Assembly (NCBI GenBank): GCA_964617195.1
Contig: CAZTVK010000017.1
Location: 38,192 to 102,191, forward strand
DNA: 64,000 nt
From: an uncultured Methanosarcinales archaeon
GTDB taxonomy: Archaea; Nanobdellota; Nanobdellia; Woesearchaeales; ARS49
Direction: 5' to 3'
Position numbers and translations under genes: made by a program. The notes beneath the pieces are model-generated. The model saw only the letters and a program-made list of their open reading frames with translations. It made no database searches and was not told the DNA's origin. Below, piece after piece: positions 1-8,035 of this stretch; the stretch's first letter is position 1, and the number at the start of each line of letters is the position of its first letter.

Positions 1-9
1 TCACCCACT

Positions 10-198
10 TCATAGCTTATCCCACAAAACAATGATGAATGCCGGAATAATGATGAACAAGACAACTCCCAAAGATGCGACAATCCAGTCAAACCCATTC
101 TCGTACAAATAAATTCCCCAGAAACCGTACGGCAGGCATAACAATGGCTCAAGAAAGTCTCTAAACTGCCAACTCTTCACGTGCACCTCTTTATGCAT
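10..198 (-). CDS. hypothetical small membrane protein
   Basis: 62-aa ORF with one strongly hydrophobic helix (VASLGVVLFIIIPAFIIVLW). No family recognised. Overlaps the start of the next ORF. Confidence 0.3.
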   Translation of the reverse strand: MHKEVHVKSWQFRDFLEPLLCLPYGFWGIYLYENGFDWIVASLGVVLFIIIPAFIIVLWDKL

Positions 199-918
199 AA
201 CACGAAGAAAACCTGCGAATTAAAAAGGTTTTCTACTCACAACCAAGTAACTAGTAATTCACCTGTGGAAAGAATTAAAAATCACGCAGTTCGGAAGCCT
301 GCCATGGGTGGAAACAACTCGTTTACAGAGGGATATACGTGTATTGAACGCGCCTATGGGAAAAACGGGTTTAACTATCTTCAAAAGGCAGTTCAGATAT
401 TCTCACATAACATAAAAAAAGATGAAAAGCCTGAAAATTCTTGGAGAGCATACATGGCACGCGCCCAGGCACTAAACGAACTCGGAATATTCATTTACGC
501 AGCAGCTAACCTTGAAAAAATCGTCAAAATAACAGAAAGCGGCAGCTTCATAGTAAAGGACACGATTGTTTTCAGAAACATCCGCGGATTCACCCTTCTC
601 GGCCTAGGCAGATACGAAGATTCAATGAACGACTTTCTGAAAGCAATCGAATATGAACAACACTCGATAACAGCACATTCGCATCTCGGAACAGTACAGC
701 GGAAGTTTGACGATAAAAAAGCAGCCAGCGAGCATTATCTTCTCGCACTCAGAACTTTCCGCAGCATGACAAATTCAAGATCACCCCATGATTACGCAGC
801 AGCAATACGCGCTGAAAAAGGCCTAGAATTAATCGGGCAAAAAACCAATGAGGCATACACACAAATGGCTCTCAAAAAAGGAATCGCATGCAAACGATGG
901 GTCGATTCATTAACCTGA
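181..918 (+). CDS. TPR-like repeat protein (hypothetical)
   Basis: GTG start in the track; first ATG at 193. Three helix-hairpin repeats resemble TPR (AYMARAQALNELG, GFTLLGLGRYEDSMNDFLKAIEYE, AHSHLGTVQRKFDDKKAASEHYLLAL). Confidence 0.45.
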   Translation: MHLFMHNTKKTCELKRFSTHNQVTSNSPVERIKNHAVRKPAMGGNNSFTEGYTCIERAYGKNGFNYLQKAVQIFSHNIKKDEKPENSWRAYMARAQALNELGIFIYAAANLEKIVKITESGSFIVKDTIVFRNIRGFTLLGLGRYEDSMNDFLKAIEYEQHSITAHSHLGTVQRKFDDKKAASEHYLLALRTFRSMTNSRSPHDYAAAIRAEKGLELIGQKTNEAYTQMALKKGIACKRWVDSLT

Positions 919-919
919 A

Positions 920-1843
920 TCACTCGACAAAACGCACATCATCCACAATACCATCGGCATCTTTGTCCAAACCCTCAACAACACGCGCTGGAATGTCAGA
1001 ATTTATCGAATTACCTTTTGCCAACTCGCTGAAATACTTGATAAATGCCAAAGTCACAGCTCTCGTGCCAGCATAACGCTTTCCAGCAACAACCAAAACC
1101 CATTTTTTCGGATTGAACGGATTTTTTGCCTTAACAATAATACCGCACTCATCAGCATGATAAGTTTTTCCTGAAATAGAACTTTTGATAGCCCAATTAG
1201 CGTCCTTGTCAAACTTTATTTTCAAACTGTCATTAACTTTCTGCGTAATAACATTAACAACCGGACCTCCAATCAAAATAAGATTCTTCTGCAAGTCCTC
1301 AGAACGCACTTCTGTGTCCAAACGAACACTCAACTCCTCCAAACGAGTGAGAAAAGTGCCTAGAAACAACGCGAGATCAATTCCATAGTAGCCATCCCTA
1401 GACCTCGTCATCTCAGGACCATGAGGATCAGGACTGCCAACAATAACAACACCATTAAATTCATTGTTTTCAATAATCGGCGAAAGAAATTCGTCAGGCC
1501 GTGATCTGATTCCAGGAACTTTATGCGCTTCAGCAAACTCTTTGAGAGAAAAAACAAACGCTGGAGCAGTTGGAGCGTAAACATTGGCCATCGTGCCGTG
1601 AACGTCCTGCCTCTTGATAACCTCCACTAAATTAGCCTTCTCTAATTTACGGATATGATAATAGATTTTCTGCTCGTGCACCTTCAAACGCTTAGCAAGT
1701 TCTCTAGGGTAAGTAGGAGCAGAAGCGAGTTCTCTCAATATACGCTGGGCTAATGCAGAGCCAGCTGCCTTCAACTGCCTGTCAGAAATAGGCTTTGCCG
1801 GCAGACTTACAACACCCTGTTTTTTATCATCGATTACTATCAT
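920..1843 (-). CDS. winged-helix (ArsR/TrmB-like) DNA-binding protein with an unrecognised C-terminal domain
   Basis: N-terminal wHTH signature AQRILRELASAPTYPRELAKRLKVHEQKIYYHIRKLEKANLVEV. About 200 aa of C-terminal domain of unknown family. Divergent from glmS across an AT-rich spacer. Confidence 0.7.
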   Translation of the reverse strand: MIVIDDKKQGVVSLPAKPISDRQLKAAGSALAQRILRELASAPTYPRELAKRLKVHEQKIYYHIRKLEKANLVEVIKRQDVHGTMANVYAPTAPAFVFSLKEFAEAHKVPGIRSRPDEFLSPIIENNEFNGVVIVGSPDPHGPEMTRSRDGYYGIDLALFLGTFLTRLEELSVRLDTEVRSEDLQKNLILIGGPVVNVITQKVNDSLKIKFDKDANWAIKSSISGKTYHADECGIIVKAKNPFNPKKWVLVVAGKRYAGTRAVTLAFIKYFSELAKGNSINSDIPARVVEGLDKDADGIVDDVRFVE

Positions 1844-1973
1844 TATGAATATTTTTATAATACTATTATTAATTCTTTAATAAGACTTATATATAAGTTT
1901 TTCGTTTACCTTCTAATGGAAGACATATACGACGACAGCGAACTATATCAGGAGAACATAGCGGGTTGACACT

Positions 1974-3710
1974 ATGTGCGGAATTCTAGGCTATACCGGA
2001 CCACGCAATGGAACCCCAATAGTACACGAAGGGCTGAAAGCACTCTCCTACCGCGGATACGACAGTTGGGGAATGGCAGTGCACACTGCAAACGAAATCA
2101 TAATTCAGAAAGGAGTCGGAGACATAACAAAAACTTCAGCAATGCAAATAACTTCAAATAAAGTGGTCGGACACACAAGATGGGCAACTCACGGAGGAGT
2201 AACGGAAGCAAACGCTCACCCGCACGCCAACAAAGACAAGACAGTGGCAGTAGTCCACAACGGAATCATAGAAAATTACGTTGAACTAAAAAAAGAACTT
2301 GAGAAACATGGCTATGTCTTTGCCAGCCAAACAGACACAGAAGTAATACCCCAATTAATCGACTACTCGCTAAAGCAAGGCAAAACTTTCCCGCAAGCCT
2401 TCCAGGACACGATCAGCAGATTGGAAGGAAGTTACGCAATCATAGCAACACACGCAAAAGAAGAAGGAATACTATTCGCACGGCAAGGAAGCCCAATGGT
2501 AATCGGACTTGGACAAAATGAATATTTCGTAAGCTCAGACATTCCAAGCTTCCTGCCCCACACCAAAACAATAATGCACCTGGAGGACGGAGACTATGGC
2601 TCAATTACGAATAAACTTGAAGTATACAACAAAGGAAAACAAGTCAACAGACAACCAAGCACAGCACACTGGGACATTGAAATCGCTAAAAAAGGAAACT
2701 ATGCGCACTTTATGATCAAAGAAATCAACGAACAACCACTGACAATACGAAAAGCACTCAACCAGCCAGCAGAACTAATCAAACAAACAGCATTACTACT
2801 TCAAAACGCCTCAACCGTGTTTCTGGTAGGCTGTGGCACGAGCTATAACACTTGTGCCACAGCGTCCTACCAGTTCACAAAAACAGGAAAACAAGTAATT
2901 CCCGTATTAGCATCAGAATTCTCACAACAACTGCCTTTCCTCAACAAAAAAACAGCAATCATCGCCGTCTCCCAGAGCGGAGAAACAGCAGACGTCATAG
3001 ATGCAGTCAAAGCAGCCAAACAAAAAGAAGCAATCGTCATCGCGATTGTAAATGTTCCAAGCTCAACACTCGCGCGAATTTCAGATGTGATAATTCCAAT
3101 GAATAGCGGACCAGAATTATGTGTGTTGGCTACCAAAACCTGCACGTCAACATTAGCCATACTATACCTGATTGCTTACACACTCGCCGGAAAAGATCCT
3201 GGAATACTCGCAGAAGCAGCCGACACGTCATTGCACGTGCTCAAACAAAGCCAGCAAACAATGCCAGAACTGGCCAAACAAATAGCGAACACGCAAAGCA
3301 TGTTCACAATAGGAAGAGGAGCACTATCACAAACAGCACGCGAAGCAGCCCTGAAAATAAAAGAAGTCAGCTACATCCACGCAGAAGGAATGCCAGCAGG
3401 AGAACTAAAACACGGCAGCATAGCACTTATTGAAGAAAGAATGCCGGTAATCGTGTTTGCGGATAACGAAACGCGAGCGCTCACAACTTCCAACGCTATG
3501 GAAGTCAAAGCAAGAGGAGCATTTGTCATAGGAGTAGACAGCAAGCCAAGCCCAGCATACGACTTTCACATACAAATACCAGATTTAGATGAAGCAACAC
3601 CACTGCTTGCTCTATTGCCAATACAATTACTATCATACTATCTCGCGCTGGAAAGAAAATGCGATCCAGACAAGCCAAGAAACCTAGCAAAGTCGGTAAC
3701 AGTTAGATGA
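1974..3710 (+). CDS. glmS: glutamine--fructose-6-phosphate aminotransferase (isomerising)
   Basis: MCGILGY N-terminal Cys nucleophile, HTRWATHG, two SIS domains (GCGTSYN, SQSGETAD), C-terminal AKSVTV motif. 578 aa. Confidence 0.95.
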   Translation: MCGILGYTGPRNGTPIVHEGLKALSYRGYDSWGMAVHTANEIIIQKGVGDITKTSAMQITSNKVVGHTRWATHGGVTEANAHPHANKDKTVAVVHNGIIENYVELKKELEKHGYVFASQTDTEVIPQLIDYSLKQGKTFPQAFQDTISRLEGSYAIIATHAKEEGILFARQGSPMVIGLGQNEYFVSSDIPSFLPHTKTIMHLEDGDYGSITNKLEVYNKGKQVNRQPSTAHWDIEIAKKGNYAHFMIKEINEQPLTIRKALNQPAELIKQTALLLQNASTVFLVGCGTSYNTCATASYQFTKTGKQVIPVLASEFSQQLPFLNKKTAIIAVSQSGETADVIDAVKAAKQKEAIVIAIVNVPSSTLARISDVIIPMNSGPELCVLATKTCTSTLAILYLIAYTLAGKDPGILAEAADTSLHVLKQSQQTMPELAKQIANTQSMFTIGRGALSQTAREAALKIKEVSYIHAEGMPAGELKHGSIALIEERMPVIVFADNETRALTTSNAMEVKARGAFVIGVDSKPSPAYDFHIQIPDLDEATPLLALLPIQLLSYYLALERKCDPDKPRNLAKSVTVR

Positions 3711-3761
3711 GAATAGAAAAGCTTAATTAAAACAGCTTCTAAACATACAAAGGGTGGAAAA

Positions 3762-4568
3762 ATGTTTGCAGATGCATTTAAACTAGCCAGTTGCTTTACA
3801 CGACCAGTTATAATTTCCACAAGATTCTTCGATAAAACCGTTGAATGCGGATGCGGCGCTTTTATCGTCATAAATGAAGAAGGATGGATAATAACAGCAG
3901 CACACATTTTCGAATCATTACTAGCATATCACCAGCACGCCAAAGAAATTTCTGATCAGAAAAAAATCAATCCTAAATGGGTAACAAATCATTCATTCTG
4001 GTGGGGAAATGACGGCGTTCAAATAAAAGACATAAAGCTATTTCAAGAAGGAGATTTAGCAATAGGACGACTTGAACCATTTGACCCAAAAACAATCAAG
4101 GCCTATCCTGTTTTTAAAAATCCTGCCCGTCTCGATATAGGCACAAGCCTCTGCAAGCTAGGATTTCCATTCCACGAGATTAAAGCCTCTTTCAATAATG
4201 CCAAGAACACATTTGAACTAGCACCCGGCTCTGTTCCACTTCCTTTCTTTCCACTCGAAGGAATTTACACAAGAGATGTAGTAACGGGCAAATCAAATGA
4301 TGGAAAGCAAGAGATAAGATTTCTAGAAACTTCATCACCAGGTCTAAGAGGTCAGAGCGGCGGTCCAATCTTTGATAAGAACGGCACAATCTGGGCCATG
4401 CAGAGTCGCACCAGCCATTTCCCACTAGGATTCAGCCCAAAAATCAACAAGAACGGAACAGAAATAGAAGAAAACCAATTCTTAAATGTCGGAATGGGCG
4501 TTCATATTAAATTAATATTAGAATTCTTAAGAGAAAATGGTGTCAAGTTCAGCATATCAGACTACTGA
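3762..4568 (+). CDS. trypsin-like serine protease (no signal peptide)
   Basis: Catalytic-triad contexts ITAAHI (His), EGDLAIGRL (Asp), LRGQSGGPIFD (Ser). SD AGGGTGGA upstream. Confidence 0.75.
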   Translation: MFADAFKLASCFTRPVIISTRFFDKTVECGCGAFIVINEEGWIITAAHIFESLLAYHQHAKEISDQKKINPKWVTNHSFWWGNDGVQIKDIKLFQEGDLAIGRLEPFDPKTIKAYPVFKNPARLDIGTSLCKLGFPFHEIKASFNNAKNTFELAPGSVPLPFFPLEGIYTRDVVTGKSNDGKQEIRFLETSSPGLRGQSGGPIFDKNGTIWAMQSRTSHFPLGFSPKINKNGTEIEENQFLNVGMGVHIKLILEFLRENGVKFSISDY

Positions 4569-4618
4569 AAAACTCTTACCTTTTCCAACAACATTTAATC
4601 CACTCTTTCGGATACCTA

Positions 4619-4626
4619 TTTAAATA
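4619..4626 (+). promoter_or_regulatory. TATA box (TTTAAATA), leaderless-type spacing
   Basis: Centre 26.5 nt upstream of the ATG at 4649. Confidence 0.5.
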
Positions 4627-4648
4627 CCCGCTCTGCTGTTGATTATTT

Positions 4649-5419
4649 ATGCAAATAACACTCAATCTCAAGAAGAAACTGGAACAATCTGCTAATGAAT
4701 ACTTTGAAGGAGCCAAAAAAGCGCGCAAAAAAGCAGAAACAGCAAGAAAAATAGTCGCGAAATTCAAAAGAGACTTAGACACATTGGAGAAAAAACAGCT
4801 GGTAGAAGAGAAAAAAGTAGAAGTTAAAAGAACCGCGCCAAAAGAATGGTATGAAAAATTCAGATGGTTCACAAGCTCAGAAGGATTCTTGTGCATAGGC
4901 GGAAGAGACGCGACCTCAAACGAAGTAGTCGTCAAGAAACACACAGATAAAGATGACATCCTGATGCACACAGAAGCGCCGGCAAGCCCATTCTTTGTAG
5001 TAAAAACTGAAGGAAAGAAGCCGAGCGATATCACAATGCAAGAAGTTGCGGACGCGACAGCCAGCTTTTCGCGCGCATGGAAACTAGGAGTCAGCGCAAC
5101 AGAAGTATTCTCAGTAAAACCAGAACAAGTAAGCAAACAAGCACCATCAGGAGAATACATGCCAAAAGGAGCATTCATGATACGCGGCAAAAGAACATTC
5201 TACCAAGGCAAAATGGGAGTCGCAGTAGGAAAACTAACAGACGGGCGAGTGATGTGCGGAGCAGAATCAGCAGTCAAAGCGCACTGCAAAGAATATCTCC
5301 TGGTAAACCAAGGAAACGACAAGCCAAGCGACTGCGCCAAAAAAATAGCCAGAAAACTAACAGTAGACATTGATGAGGTGCTGCGCGTACTGCCAGCAGG
5401 AACATGCCAAACAAAATAA
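4649..5419 (+). CDS. NFACT-R (DUF814) domain protein, short RqcH/NEMF-like C-terminal half
   Basis: Lys/Glu coiled-coil N-terminus followed by WFTSSEGFLCIGGRDATSNEVVVKKH...DILMHTEAPASPFFVV, typical of the NFACT-R domain of FbpA/RqcH/NEMF. No NFACT-N domain. TATA at 4619-4626. Confidence 0.75.
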   Translation: MQITLNLKKKLEQSANEYFEGAKKARKKAETARKIVAKFKRDLDTLEKKQLVEEKKVEVKRTAPKEWYEKFRWFTSSEGFLCIGGRDATSNEVVVKKHTDKDDILMHTEAPASPFFVVKTEGKKPSDITMQEVADATASFSRAWKLGVSATEVFSVKPEQVSKQAPSGEYMPKGAFMIRGKRTFYQGKMGVAVGKLTDGRVMCGAESAVKAHCKEYLLVNQGNDKPSDCAKKIARKLTVDIDEVLRVLPAGTCQTK

Positions 5420-5649
5420 ACCACCACGCAATAAGCGCCAGCATAAGAATCGGCAAAGCAGGAATAACAGACAATTTGGTAAAGCAAGTAATAATGCAGC
5501 TAAAAAAGAAAAAAGTCATAAAAGTCAGGTTTTTGCCCAGCGCGATTACAGATGACAAGAAAAAACTGGTCAAAGAACTCGCAGAACGAGCGCGCGCTAA
5601 GATAATACACGCGGTGGGCTTCATTGCAGTTCTAGAAAGACTTAAATAA
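5404..5649 (+). CDS. YhbY/CRS1 (CRM-domain) RNA-binding protein
   Basis: 81 aa. Pattern IRIGKAGITDNLVKQVIMQLKKKKVIKVRF...AVGFIAVLER matches the YhbY family layout. Overlaps the upstream gene by 16 nt. Confidence 0.75.
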   Translation: MPNKINHHAISASIRIGKAGITDNLVKQVIMQLKKKKVIKVRFLPSAITDDKKKLVKELAERARAKIIHAVGFIAVLERLK

Positions 5650-5672
5650 GCATTTTTCATAATAGCCATACA

Positions 5673-7313
5673 ATGACAAAAGAGAGTGAACGCTTCGTAG
5701 CATTTGGATTTCTAAAAGGTGATGCTCCTAGAGACAAAGATGGAAATGCTATTGTAACAGTAGGCGGCAGAAGAATAGTCATAGGAAAAAAAGATGATAA
5801 GCCAGAAGACAAGCTCAAATTTATCAGTGACACGAGAAAAGAACTCGGAGCAAAAAACAAAGACCTAGTGAAAGAATTCGATGGCGCACTCCAAAGCATC
5901 TCAGAACATGAATGGGTGGAAGTAGCCAAAGACCAACTAGTCATGACGGATTTTCCTAAAAGCATAAGCAGATATTACATGGGAATAGAGACCATCCATC
6001 AAAGCATAGAACCTTACTATTTCTGGTGCGTAAACTTCCTAGGAGACATCGGTTTTCCAGTCATCGACAAAATATCAGACATCTTCCAAGCAGCAGAACA
6101 CAGCAGCTTCTACGGAGCAGCAGGACAAAGACTAGGACTTGCACAAGACAAAGTCTCACAATATCTCGCCACCATAGGAAAAATGATCAAAGACCTATTC
6201 CAACTAGTCAGAGAACTAAGATGGATAGACGAAAGACTGGAAGTCTATCGAGGAGCAATCGGAATTGACAAAGAAGGTAAACCACTCAAAAACGAATCAG
6301 GCAAAGAGACGGGCCCGCAAATGGGAGCTGAAAACGCACTCAAAGGAATGTGGGTGGACCTTGTCGACGGCGTTGTTCAAGGACAAAGAACAGGAAGCAA
6401 CCTGTTCGTCATGGCACAACAACTGCAGTTCACAGCACTGCCAGACTTATTCTTCAGAATCCACCCGCAAGAAGTCAAAGAAGTAGACAAACTAGTTGAC
6501 GAGCAAGCAGCAGAGTTCAACATGCCCCTGCGCAACCTCCTAAGAAGAAAACTGGTGCAGTATGTTGCTTGGAAAAATGAAACATACAAAGAAATGCTAG
6601 CACGAAGAATGTTCACACTTGATTATCTAAGACAGCACTACCACGTCATCAAACTGTACATTCACTGGGTCAAACCATATATTAAGCACATAGAACGGCT
6701 CTCAGGACAAGAAGACCTGCTGAAAAACCCAAGACTTATCGCGGCATTCGAAAGCAGCCTAATAGAAATAGAACTCCTGGCAAGACACAGACCACCAGGC
6801 AGCAAACAAAACTATGCGTGCGTTCTGTTGACATTCGAATACCACACCAAGCCAAGCATGCAATACCAAGGAGATGCAGGCTACCACCGCGGACCCATCC
6901 ACGTGGGAAGCACAAGAATAACCTGGAGAAGCTACGCATGGGACGACAAAAAAATCAAGAATTATATCGCAATGCGCAGCAGAGAAGACTTGGAAATCCT
7001 CGCATCAGTAGACAATTCACTAAAATCAGCCATGGAAACCCTTGGAACAGACTTTTTCAAATACATAGAAGAAGCAGAAAAAATAAAAGAAGAAAAAACT
7101 CCAGAAAAAGAAAAAGTTGAACTAAAAGGAATAATGGAACCATTCACCTCGCTTGGCAAAGGAATGATGGAAGTCTTCGGCGCATTTGTGCCAGAACTTC
7201 CAAAGAAAAAAGGACAAGCAGAAAAAGAAGAACCAGACATCAGCGCAGCACGCAGAATGTGCTGGATACACTACAACATCTTCAAAAAAGCACACGGCTT
7301 ACTTGCGTGGTAG
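5673..7313 (+). CDS. hypothetical protein, 546 aa, unknown family
   Basis: Long ORF with coding-like composition. No P-loop or other motif recognised. A Lys/Glu-rich linker precedes a terminal helix that looks amphipathic (ISAARRMCWIHYNIFKKAHGLLAW). Confidence 0.7.
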   Translation: MTKESERFVAFGFLKGDAPRDKDGNAIVTVGGRRIVIGKKDDKPEDKLKFISDTRKELGAKNKDLVKEFDGALQSISEHEWVEVAKDQLVMTDFPKSISRYYMGIETIHQSIEPYYFWCVNFLGDIGFPVIDKISDIFQAAEHSSFYGAAGQRLGLAQDKVSQYLATIGKMIKDLFQLVRELRWIDERLEVYRGAIGIDKEGKPLKNESGKETGPQMGAENALKGMWVDLVDGVVQGQRTGSNLFVMAQQLQFTALPDLFFRIHPQEVKEVDKLVDEQAAEFNMPLRNLLRRKLVQYVAWKNETYKEMLARRMFTLDYLRQHYHVIKLYIHWVKPYIKHIERLSGQEDLLKNPRLIAAFESSLIEIELLARHRPPGSKQNYACVLLTFEYHTKPSMQYQGDAGYHRGPIHVGSTRITWRSYAWDDKKIKNYIAMRSREDLEILASVDNSLKSAMETLGTDFFKYIEEAEKIKEEKTPEKEKVELKGIMEPFTSLGKGMMEVFGAFVPELPKKKGQAEKEEPDISAARRMCWIHYNIFKKAHGLLAW

Positions 7314-7345
7314 AATTTATATAGACATATTCTCTCGACGATACC

Positions 7346-7918
7346 ATGGGCATAGACTTCAACATATTCAAAGACCTGCCTCCGGAAAGAAGAGCAAGAG
7401 AATTACAGAAACTAATAGACAACCTCAAGAAAGAGATAGGAGAACGCCAAGACGACATCAAAAAAGCAGAACACTTTCTAGCACTAGCAGACGAAGAAGC
7501 AAGATTGCTTGAACAGGTAGCAATTCCTGAAGCAAAAACCGCGTCACGGAAAAAGCCAGAAAAAATAGACGCGCTGGAAGAACAATTAGAAGAAAGAAAG
7601 CTGACACGAGAAGAGCGAACAGAACTTGAGAAACTTTTGGCAACCGCGCCGCCGCGTTCACCGGAATTACTCCATCGCGTGGCGCATATGAAAGCTGCCG
7701 ATTTATATAACGAAGGAAAAATTATTTATCAACAGCAAAAAGAAACCGGCGTTGAAACGGCGCAGCAAAGAGAAGCGATATACGCTATTCGCAAAGGACT
7801 TGAAATCAAAAAAGAAGAAGGCTACAATCAAAACCAAAATGTGATGACTGCAGCAGAAAAAATGGCGGAAACCGTATACAAGGGCGGCGCAGGAACATAC
7901 AAAAGAACGCCAGGATGA
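7346..7918 (+). CDS. hypothetical coiled-coil protein
   Basis: 190 aa, charged heptad-like sequence throughout (RRARELQKLIDNLKKEIGERQDDIKKAEHFL...). Lies 32 nt after the previous gene. Confidence 0.6.
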   Translation: MGIDFNIFKDLPPERRARELQKLIDNLKKEIGERQDDIKKAEHFLALADEEARLLEQVAIPEAKTASRKKPEKIDALEEQLEERKLTREERTELEKLLATAPPRSPELLHRVAHMKAADLYNEGKIIYQQQKETGVETAQQREAIYAIRKGLEIKKEEGYNQNQNVMTAAEKMAETVYKGGAGTYKRTPG

Positions 7919-7940
7919 TTCTTTGTGACCATAATACATG

Positions 7941-7963
7941 TCGGAAATTTTCTAAATTTCCGA
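7941..7963. repeat. palindromic hairpin, TCGGAAAT family (copy 1)
   Basis: TCGGAAATTT-TCT-AAATTTCCGA: perfect 10-bp stem, 23 nt after the stop of 7346..7918. Confidence 0.8.
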
Positions 7964-7969
7964 GCATGC

Positions 7970-7993
7970 TCAAAAACGTTGTGACGTTTTTGA
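7970..7993. repeat. second hairpin of the composite element
   Basis: TCAAAAACG-TTGTGA-CGTTTTTGA: 9-bp stem. Same position and flanks (GCAYRC ... CAT) as 26439-26459. Confidence 0.7.
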
Positions 7994-8001
7994 CATAAAC
8001 C

Positions 8002-8009
8002 TTTAAATA
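8002..8009 (+). promoter_or_regulatory. TATA box (TTTAAATA)
   Basis: Centre 30.5 nt upstream of the ATG at 8036. Confidence 0.45.
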
Positions 8010-8035
8010 CTCCAGTAGCCAGAAATGTATACTGT

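Noticed and set aside
1844-1973. Possible glmS ribozyme or riboswitch in the leader of glmS
   Set aside because: The spacer is AT-rich promoter-like DNA (two TATA-like boxes for the divergent genes). It has no conserved helices resembling the bacterial glmS ribozyme core, and the element is not expected in archaea.
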